The notes below the pieces were generated by a model, which was not told the DNA's origin, did not search any database, and was given only the letters and a program-made list of their open reading frames with translations. Shown here one piece after another: positions 47,331-64,000 of a stretch of DNA of 64,000 nt. How positions within the stretch are numbered: position 1 is the first letter of the stretch; every line of letters begins with the position of its first letter. Position numbers and translations under genes: made by a program. Origin of the DNA: the human T2T-CHM13v2.0 reference genome, Homo sapiens; NCBI RefSeq assembly GCF_009914755.1, contig NC_060939.1; one strand, written 5' to 3'.

Positions 47331-48499
47331 ACTTTGTCTTTCTGACAACAGTTTTATGACCAAGGTGAGGCAGATACTAAGACAACTGTTCTCATAAACC
47401 AGACAGGACACTTGGTGGCTGGCCCAGGGTCTCAAAGCTTGTTGGAAAGTAGAGCTGGGACTTGAGCCTGGCTCTTCTGGCTTTAAGTCCACCTTCTTTC
47501 TCGCTACCATGCTGTCCTCCCTATTATATTGGCCTTCTTAAGCCTATAGTCCCCAACCAGAGGTCTCAGATAGATGTTCCCATTCCTCCAGAGCATGTAG
47601 AGGAAGCTACATTTATGCAGCCACCCCCCTTTGTTTGCAATCATCATTAGCATCTATCAATGGCACATGCCTGGTCTATTATAGGTCTTGAATTAGAGCC
47701 CACCTCACCTCCGGTTAGACTAACTCATTGGATGAAGAAGTCTCATTGACACATTGGGAAAAAGGGTGTGCCTTTGCAATGATTCATGTCTATCTTATAT
47801 GAATGCTTAATCCCTCAGGGGCTGTTCTTTGATCCAAATTTTGTTCCCCCTCTATTCTGGACCAACTGCTCCACACATAACTCATGGCATTGAAATAACA
47901 ATTTTAAAGTAGCTGCCACATTTCAGGAATGGAGGGCTTTGCACATGTTAGCTCATTTACTCCCCTCACCCTGAGAAACAGAAAGCATCTTTCTGTTTTG
48001 CAGATAAAGAAACATAGGCCAGAGAGATCAAGCCACTTGCCTGAGAGATGGCCCAAGATTTTCTGGGTGCCAACATCAGTGCCTCTATTTCTCCACCTCA
48101 CAACACCTCCTTCCCAAGGATATCTCCCACTATGTAAGACTTTGTAATCTAAAGCTTATGCTCTTAACGGGAACAGAGGGTTTTTTGAGTTGATGGGTTT
48201 TTTTTCTTTTTTCCTGTCTGGAGTTCAGACTTGACTTCTAATTGGTAGGGTTTTGTCCTCACTTCTTTGGACCCTCTCCTACAAGACCCTCTCCTACAAG
48301 ACCACCCACCAGTCTGGGTCCTAATTGTTTGTGACTCTTTTTCAGGGTGGGAGCAGGGTGGTTATGGAATGACCATGGGTCCCGGCATGTAATAAGTGGC
48401 CATGACCTCTAGGTCTCTGGGCTAACACCAAGTGTCCCTGTTTAGCCAGTTCTCATTGAGATGTATTGAATGAATAAATAAGCTCATGAAAAAAAAATC

Positions 48500-48611
48500 A
48501 ACCTAGACAATATTCTTCTCATCAAGAATAATAATACAAAATCAACCTAGACAATATTCTTCTCATCAAGAATAAAAATAAAATAAACCTAGACAATATT
48601 CTTCTCATCAA
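48500..48611. repeat. Three tandem copies of a 26-bp core with A-rich spacers
   Basis: AACCTAGACAATATTCTTCTCATCAA at 48500, 48544 and 48586. Confidence 0.95.
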
Positions 48612-48681
48612 ACAAAAACAAACAAACAAACAAAAAACTCATAATTATCCCCAGTGTTCTCTGCTTCAAAATAATGTGGAG

Positions 48682-49230
48682 GTACTCAGGAGGCTGAGGT
48701 GGGAGGATTCCCTCAGGCCAGGAGTTTGAGACCAGCCTGGGCAACACAGCAAGACCCCATCTTTAAAAAATTTTTTTTTAATTATCCAGGTGTGGTGGTA
48801 TGTGCCTATATTCCCAGCTACTTGAGAGGCTGGTGTGGGAGGGTGATTTGAACCCAGGAGTTTGAGGCTGCAGTGAGGTATAATCTCACCACTGCACTCC
48901 AGCCTGGATGACAGAGCAAGACCTTGTCTCTAAAACACACACACACACACACACACAAACACACATAATAGTGAGGAGGACTTGAATGCTATGAGAAGTG
49001 GGGAGCTTAGGAGAGAGGAGGCCAATTTGCTATGATGAAAAGTTCAGTGCCCTAAGTTGAAATCCTAATTCCAGTCGCTTACTGTGTGGCCCTGGGCACA
49101 TCACTTAACCTCTCTGAGTCATATTTTTCTCATTTTTGAAAAGGGGATAATAATTCTTGCCTCGCTGAGATGGTTGTGAGGATTAAATAAAATGAGGGGT
49201 GTGAAGGTGAGAGCACAGTCTCCAGCACAC
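48682..49230 (+). mobile_element. AluJ with (CA)n tail (48682-48965) and MIR (49050-49230)
   Basis: Consensus motifs. Confidence 0.8.
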
Positions 49231-50109
49231 AGGAGAAATGAGGAAGCAGAGAGAATACTGGATGGATGAATGACCTAGCAAACAGTACAATATAGAATCT
49301 GTTTAAAGAAGTGAGCTTAAAAAATCCTCATGTGATGTATGTTATCTTTTGGGGCTATAAATGGCATTAGGCAATGAGGTATGTCAACGAACAATTATGA
49401 CTCACCGTGGAAATACCAAGTCTTTAAAACCCAAGAACCAATTACCAAATCCAGCATCAAAGACACACTGAAGCACTTAAAAAAAAAAAAAAGTCCCATA
49501 GTCTAGGATGTGACAAAATTGCTATGTGTGGGATAGAGCCCTTGATTGCTAAGAAGATTCTGAACATTCACAGTGGAAAATTTTTCTCTTCCATAGGATC
49601 AAGTGAGAATCCTATATTCTATATGTGGATTAGGACCAATTAGGATGTCAGGGTCTAAATGATTTTGGTGATCTTGGCCCTAAGGATTGCAGGCAAAACC
49701 CAAAAGCCACAGTCTCTGAGCTCCTCCACTAAGGGTGTGCCCAACCCCCTCCTGCTCCCCCTCCGAAGCACTGGAGCTCCTCACTGCCGGTGCCAACCTC
49801 CTCTTCCAGGAAGGAGCTCCCCACTCTCCCATGCCCTACTCTGGAGCTCTGGGTCTGATGTGTGCCTGGGCCTCCATGCTCCTGGCCTGAGGTGCTGTCC
49901 AGATGCTGAGAGTTGGGAGACTTTGCTGTCTCCAGGAATATTAATAGCATGGGAGCTGTCCAGCCTAGGGAGCCAGCACTGAGAACAGGAGCTGGGCAGG
50001 GAGGGCCTCGGAGCTCAGAGCCCAGGACCCAGAGCTTCTGAGCCAAGCTAGGATAGCCAGGAGGGGCCCTGGAGGCCATGCCTAAATGAACAAAGGAGGA
50101 AACTGAGGC

Positions 50110-50199
50110 CCAGGGAGGACAAAGCTTGGCTCAGGGACAGAGAGCCCATCTGCAGCAGAGAGACTCAGGCCTTCTGACCCTAAGTCCAGTGCTTCTCTC
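50110..50199 (-). ncRNA. MIR422A: MIR422A precursor (mature miR-422a at 50169-50190), MIR-SINE derived
   Basis: Reverse complement of 50169-50190 is ACUGGACUUAGGGUCAGAAGGC; the 90-nt precursor GAGAGAAGCACUGG...CUCCCUGG matches as recalled; adjoins the MIR core GAGGAAACTGAGGCCCAG. Confidence 0.95.
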
Positions 50200-50911
50200 G
50201 TGTCCTCACATTGTGGGCTTCCCCCAGCAACATACAGTATTATATGCTCACCAATGAGGTATGCATCTGCTGACACATACCTACCACTGACCATGACACT
50301 CACTGATACAGCCCCCTCACAAGGTGCTTTTATCATCTCATTTAATTCTTACCACTACCCTGTGATTAGCTATGGTAGTACCGTCATCATCATCGTATTT
50401 TCCAGCTACAGAAACTGAGGCACAGAGAGGTGGGGTGCCAGACCTGGGGACTGGAGTCAGTTGTGAGAGCAGTGCGCCAGGGAAGGTTGCCTAGAAGAGG
50501 GGACATCTGAGCTGGATAGAGAAGCAGGTGTTCACTAGGAGGGTAAAGGAAGGGAAAGACATTGTAGGGAGAGGGACCAGCAGGAACAAAGCCTAGATTT
50601 ATGAGGTTGGGGAGAGAGAGACAGAGGCAGAGAGAGAAGAGCACTGCAGGAGCATGAGGCATGCAGAGGATGATAGAGGGTACGGTGGAGACAGTGGGCA
50701 GGGTGGGGCTGGGGACTGTCTTACACAGCCATCCCTAAAGGCTCTCTCTGAGGGAACATGTGCATTAGTCCCGGGGCAGCAGACCCTCTGGACCCCAGCC
50801 TGAAAAATTTTGGAGCAGAGCTTCCCTAAGTGTTTTCCCTGACGGTGTTCCCAAGGGGTGTGGCTTAACCTTCCAACTACGCAGTAACCTCTCCTAAGTA
50901 AGAATAGTATC

Positions 50912-51826
<915 letters not shown>

Positions 51827-51934
51827 TGTAAACACTTTAATTTAAATATGCTATTTTATTTAATCCTCTCAAAAACCTTCACTTTATAATTGAGGAAACC
51901 AAAACTCAGAGAGGTAAGATAAGTCACCTGAGGT

Positions 51935-52280
51935 GTTTCCCCTGAGGCCATACTTCCCACTAGTATCCGCCTATGGGGATACTAAGGCCGACCTGGAAGT
52001 TGAGATTGACAGCACTGCTCTGAAGGAAATCTTTAGCTCAAGGACCCCCTTAATCCACTGGCCTTGTTGACCTTTCTTAGAACTGCACTGCCGTGTAAGA
52101 TACTTTGATGTAACCTTCCTTCCTTCCCTCTCTCCATCACATGGGTCAGACCTGCATTGACGTCTGACGCCTCTCTCAGCCTTGCCAGCTCCCTCTCCAG
52201 TTTTGCACACTTACCGAATAATCTCCTGCAGTCTAACCCTGTCTTGATGTCTGCTACTTGGAAGACCTGGGCTAACACAG
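51935..52280 (+). mobile_element. ERVL LTR16-like fragment
   Basis: Ends AATAATCTCCTGCAGTCTAACCCTGTCTTGATGTCTGCTACTTGGAAGACCTGGGCTAACACA. Confidence 0.6.
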
Positions 52281-52634
52281 CCATACAGCTAGTGGTAGCT
52301 GGCTGGGCTTAGACTGACCTATATAATCCTTCTTCTGCACCATGTGCCACCTGCCATGAAATGGAAATGTCGGGGACTAATGTGAGCTGCTGCCTGGTTT
52401 TCTTTAAACAGCACAGGACAGAACTCCTTAGCCCTCCTCCCTCCCACAGCTTCCTTGCTTCCTTCCAGATGGAGTGACTGGCTGCCTCTGGAATCTCAGG
52501 GATCTCTTTGTGCCTGCCTGGCTGCTTCTCACTTTTCCCTGGGACTCAAGTGGGGAAGAAAGTCTACGTAGGTTTATTTATATCTTGAAATGAATCTTCC
52601 AGCCTGTTTTACACCTACCTCTCAGTTTCAGGTT

Positions 52635-54539
<1,905 letters not shown>

Positions 54540-55510
54540 TAAATCCTATCCAGTCCTTAAAGCCCAGTTCAATTTTCACCTCCTCCATGAAGCCTTCTGT
54601 GGCTACTCCATTGCATGATGACCTCTAGGCTGTCTCTAGCTTCCTGGGACGCTGTTCTGTACAACATGGCACTTACAGTTGTAAGTCCTGCCTTTTATAG
54701 CTAATGGTCTGCATTTGTGTAACATTTGCATTCACAACTTGATTGCAAGTCTCTAGAGAGCAATAGTTTTGTTTTCTTCTCAGTTCCAGGAACACAGTAA
54801 ATCAACACTTGTTGGTTTGGATATGCAGTAAGCACTCAATAAATGACTGTTGATCTGGCATCCAATAGATGCTCAATAAATGCCTATTGGTTTGGTTTAC
54901 AGAAAGTGCTCAATAAACGCCTACTAGCTTGGTATACAATAGGAGTTCGGTAAGTGACTGGCTTGATCTACTAGGGTTTTTTTTGAGTCTCCTCTTTGTT
55001 GAGGACTGGCTAAGCCGATTGGGCACCAGACCCAGTGGGAAGCTGGTTGGAAGATAGCTAGGACAGGAGAGCTCCCCACAGCAGGCCAAAGTGGAGAGCG
55101 AACAGTAGGGAGAACCCAAGCCAAATTCTTGAGAGGGACTAAGAGTCAAGGTCTGGAGAGCCCAGACCTAAATATCAGTTCCTAAGAAGCATCTTCCAGT
55201 AACTTCTAACAGCACCTCTTCAGTGAAGCCTTTCCTGACCTCACTATCCAAAGTAGCCATCCCTCGCCCTGTCACTCTCTGTTGCACTCTCCCATCTTAC
55301 TTACTTCTTAGCATTCACACTACTTGATATTAGCATTTCTCCCCTACCGGGCACCCACCCCACTCCCCACTAGAATGTAATCCCTGTGAGGAAAGACTTC
55401 CTTGTTTATCAACACTTGCCTTGTTCACCAACATAACCCCACGGCTAGAAGAGTGCCAGCACATAGTAGGTGCTCAATAAATAGAACTTGAATGAATGAC
55501 TGGATGAACT
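54540..55510 (+). mobile_element. L2 3' fragments
   Basis: GTGCCAGCACATAGTAGGTGCTCAATAAATAG...TGAATGAATG. Confidence 0.75.
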
Positions 55511-55743
55511 GAGAGAAATCAAGAGAAAGGAAGTCAGCAGGAAGTGAATTCAGACAGATCTGAATGGGAACTAGCAAGGTCCTGGGCCTCTGGCGAGAAT
55601 GGCCCATGAGGCTGTGTGGGAGTTTTCCGCCTTCCTTTATGAGCCTGTAGGTGCCATAAATGGTCGTGTCTGGTAATCTTAAAGGGACGGAGGAGAAGGA
55701 AGAGAGGGTCAGCCTACCCCTTTCACATTATTTCTATCCTCAG

Positions 55744-56077
<334 letters not shown>

Positions 56078-56219
56078 CTAACTATAAAATTCTACAATGG
56101 CTCCACTTTCTTAACCTTGGGGAGCCCCGTAGGATACTCTCTCGTGGATAACATCAAAACATCTCACAAAGCACATTATGTTTGCTTTATTATACAAGTA
56201 ATAAGCAATAAACTGGGTT

Positions 56220-56700
56220 AGTACTCAGAATATACCCACTCCCCTCCCACTCCCACTGTGGGTGGCATATACTTCCCTGCCCCATTGGTGTTGGGCTTGG
56301 CCATAGGACTTGCTTTAGCCAATAAAATGTTAGGAAATGAGGTAAACAGAGGCTTTATACATGCTTGTGCATTTTGGCTTGTCTCTTGGGCTCTGACAAG
56401 CTGGAAGGTGAAGCGAAGCAAGCTTTTATAACTGTTGCCCCTTCAGCCAGAGCCCCAGAATGAAGGCACGTGGGGCATACAGCCTGACCTGCAGTGAGGA
56501 GCCAGACCTAGTCCAACTGCAATTTGACTGATTTAGCAGGGCGGGGCTGAGACAGAGCAGCCCTTCCATGCCCAACCTAAGTCAGTCAAATTGCAGTTGA
56601 TCTGCAGAACTGTGAGCTTGAGAATAAATCCTTGTGTTGTAATCTACTGAGATTTGGGGCTGGTCTGTTATGCAGTATTATTGTGGCAATAGCTAATAAT
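56220..56700 (+). mobile_element. MLT1J/I-like LTR
   Basis: GGGCTTGGCCATAGGACTTGCTTTAGCCAAT...GTGGCAATAGCTAA. Confidence 0.8.
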
Positions 56701-57319
56701 TATATAATATATATTTACTGTAGAAAAAATTAAAAATATAGATAAGTAAACAGGGAAAAATAATACACCCATGATCCTATCACCCAGAATAAGTACTGTT
56801 AGCATAGTGGAATATGGCTCTTGGCTATTTTTCTATATTTCACAGCAATGGGGGCCTAGTATATATACCTTTTTTGTAATCTGCTTTTTCATACCAACAT
56901 ATCATGAGCATCTTTCTAAGGCCATAAGCATTGCAGCATTTTCTCATCACCCCTCCCAGCAACTTACAAGACAGGCGCAGTGGCAACCGTGTTTGCCCAA
57001 GTTCACTCCTCTAGAAATGAGCAGAGCACATTGTGACTCCAAGCTCAGTACCCTTTCTACCAGGCAGGGGTTCTCTTGGGGCCTCATTAGCATTTTTGTC
57101 ACCTGGCAAGGTCAGCTCTTTCCCCAAGGAGAAGAAAGTGAAACCTTTATCTTATCTGGAAGTGGAACAGAAGTGTTTGATTCCCTTGATTCACCTGATC
57201 CCAGGGGCTGCAACAGGCCCCAGCTCCAGGGACCTACTGCCAACCTCTCACCACAAGCATCCAGGGGAACACTTGTTTCTGCCTTAGGGTGTAGTGGGGC
57301 ATGAGCAAGCGGTTGGTAA

Positions 57320-60660
<3,341 letters not shown>

Positions 60661-60669
60661 CAGAGGTTA

Positions 60670-60782
60670 CAATTTGAATTGCAGACGTGTGTGAAAAATC
60701 AGGCCTTGGTGATGACCTTGAGCCGCAGGATATAAATAACTCCCACCTGCTTAGCATTCCAATAATGGAACACTAGGCATAA
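60670..60782 (-). mobile_element. MER85 (piggyBac/PGBD3-derived MITE), termini truncated
   Basis: Reverse complement reads TTATGCCTAGTGTTCCATTATTGGAATGCTAAGCAGGTGGGAGTTATTTATATCCTGCGGCTCAAGGTCATCACCAAGG, matching MER85 as recalled. Confidence 0.85.
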
Positions 60783-61026
60783 GACCTTCTGGTGGGCAGG
60801 TACCCATCTGGGAGGCTGCAACAGATTGTGGTTTCAAACACTATTTCTTCCATTTGCCAGCTGAGTGATCTAAGACGAATAATCTGCCCCTTTGAGTCTC
60901 AGCTTCCTCATCCCCAAAGTGGGGAAGTGAAAAGTGCGAGGTTGTTTAGACACGGATGGAACTGCCTGAGTGAAGACACTTGGCATGCAATAGGTGCTGG
61001 GCCATCCTACTTGCCAGCCTGCTTTT

Positions 61027-61640
61027 GTAGGGCAAAGAGGTGTAGTACCTTTTCCTCACCCATTCCAAGGTCCATGGCCAATACCCCCATGACAAAAAAC
61101 AGATTAACGAGAGAAAAGCATAACACATTTATTTAATCTAAGTTTTACGTGATGCGAGAGGCTTCAGAAATGAAGATCCAGAGACAAAGGGAAAACTGTG
61201 TATTTTTAAGCTTAGGTCCAATAAAGAACAGACAGCCATGTAGAAATGTGATTGGAAAGAGGGTGTGCTCTAATGGTGATAGACTGAAGGCAGAACACAG
61301 CAAGGCCTCTTGTTCAGCTTCTCTACGGCCTCTCTGTGTAGCGTTCTTTCCTTCCTGAGTAAGGGGCAGGACCCCTGTCGTATGAGGGTCTTCCAGGGAG
61401 ATGGGAAGAGGTTAGAGAGTGACATTTCTAGGTTTCGTGGCTTGCACTGGGGAGAGGAGTTCTAGTTTCTATGACCTCTTTCAGGGGCAATACTGGGTAA
61501 GGAGAAAGGAGGGAAAGAAAAAGGAAGGCAGGAGAGGATCAGCAAGACTTGCTTTTGAGGCCCTTCCCATCCCTTCCAGTCCAAATAACTCAGAGTGCTA
61601 GAGTGCCATATTTTGGGATATTGTGTTCTGAGCCCCAATA
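61027..61640 (-). mobile_element. ERV1-class solo LTR (MER34/MER39-like; subfamily uncertain)
   Basis: Starts TGTAGGG, ends GTGCCATATTTTGGGATATTGTGTTCTGAGCCCCAA. Confidence 0.6.
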
Positions 61641-62239
61641 TTTGCTTGGGTTTTTTTTTTTTGTCCCTCCCTTCCTTCCTTTCTTCCTTCCTCCCTCCCT
61701 CAGGCCTGGCAGGCTGAGGAGGCTGCCCCTGCCATAGCTGCTCCACAGCAAGGCCTAGAGAGTAGCCACTGCACCAAGAGCCTTGGGCCAAGCTCTGAGC
61801 ACCCTGGCTAATACCAAAGCTGGAGCCTAGAGCAGGGTTCCCAGAAGGTTATCTGGGGCTGGCTTTGACCACATTGGCTACAGCATGGCCTGTGGGTAGA
61901 CATGCTCTGAACAGCTGAGGCTGACCTGAACGTTGGCATCATCAGCAGAATCATCTTCACCAAGCAGGGTTTGAACTTGAGGTCAGTGACCCCAGGCAGT
62001 GTGGGGAGAGGGTTCTTCACCTGGCTGTGCCCCATGGATGGACAGCTAGGACTATACTCTGGGCACTGCCCTATAGCTCAAGAAACATCGTTTACCCAGA
62101 GGAGGCAGAGACATCCCAACTGGTTTTGGGAAACAAATATGAGAGGCTCAGATCATATAAATGAAAGCTTGTTAGGCACCAAGGGAAAGTGGGCAGAACG
62201 GCCCCTCCACCTTACAGATCAATAAATCTGACTAAACAG

Positions 62240-63440
<1,201 letters not shown>

Positions 63441-64000
63441 AGGTCCTAAGAGAACCAAAATTGTCTCATCACAAAGTTCACGCTCTCCCCAATGTCTGAG
63501 GCACCTTCCTTTGGCACTTTGCTGATTTTTTAGTTGACAAAAGAGAAGCATTAAAGAGCATTCTATTTTTTCACTCTGGAAGTCGGAAGAGCAGACTCAG
63601 ACCTGGCCCTGGGCACAATTGTGAGGCAGACGGGTCTCAGGAACCTTTTCTGTGCCTTGTGTTCCCTTCCCACCCACCTCCGGGCACTTCCTGGATACAT
63701 GTCCTTCTTTGCTTGCCCCACGGAAGCTTGCTCTTGGGAAAGAGTCTTCCTGAATCATTCCCATCCTACTCCCTGTGATGGAGAAGGCTTAAAATGTTTT
63801 TATGTTCAGGGAAGCATCAAAGAGAAAAATTTCTAGCTCTGGGATTGCAGGAGTCAGGAAGCAGGGCAGGGCCGTGAAGAGGACAGTTGTACCCTGAAGT
63901 CATAGTTCACAGACCTCCTCATGGTGGTCGGCCCTGAGGGGTCAGGGCAAGATGCCCTGAGCAGAGGAGTGAATCAGGAGGTGTGAGACCTGAGCCTGTG

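Noticed and set aside
57162-57202. GTEVFDSLDSPDP resembles the PRAM1 C-terminus (ETEVYDDVDFCDP)
   Set aside because: Short, lacks the key tyrosine and runs across a position where I recall an intron; probably chance.
61915-61981. Possible plus-strand exon (ctctgaacag|...GAG|gtcagt)
   Set aside because: Weak polypyrimidine tract and no recognisable homology.

Overview
Primate, almost certainly human, genomic DNA that I place at chr15q22.31 between HERC1 and DAPK2. Two landmarks support this: the CpG island at ~12.35-13.7 kb holds a minus-strand non-coding first exon matching my recollection of the HERC1 5'UTR, and 50110-50199 (minus) is the MIR422A hairpin with an exact mature miR-422a sequence. 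Positions 1-13.0 kb are HERC1 intron 1; the rest is intergenic and dense in Alu, L1, L2, MIR, MaLR (including a complete THE1 provirus) and DNA-transposon fossils. I found no intact protein-coding exon. The most notable observation is at ~41.34-42.17 kb (+): a degenerate 36-bp (12-codon) tandem array that, with its flanks, translates through frameshifts and stops into motifs colinear with the adaptor PRAM1 (FYB/ADAP family) and keeps intron positions. I read it as a decayed, intron-containing PRAM1 paralog. Reference sequences (HERC1, PRAM1, miR-422a, repeat consensuses) are recalled from memory and were not searched; repeat boundaries are approximate.
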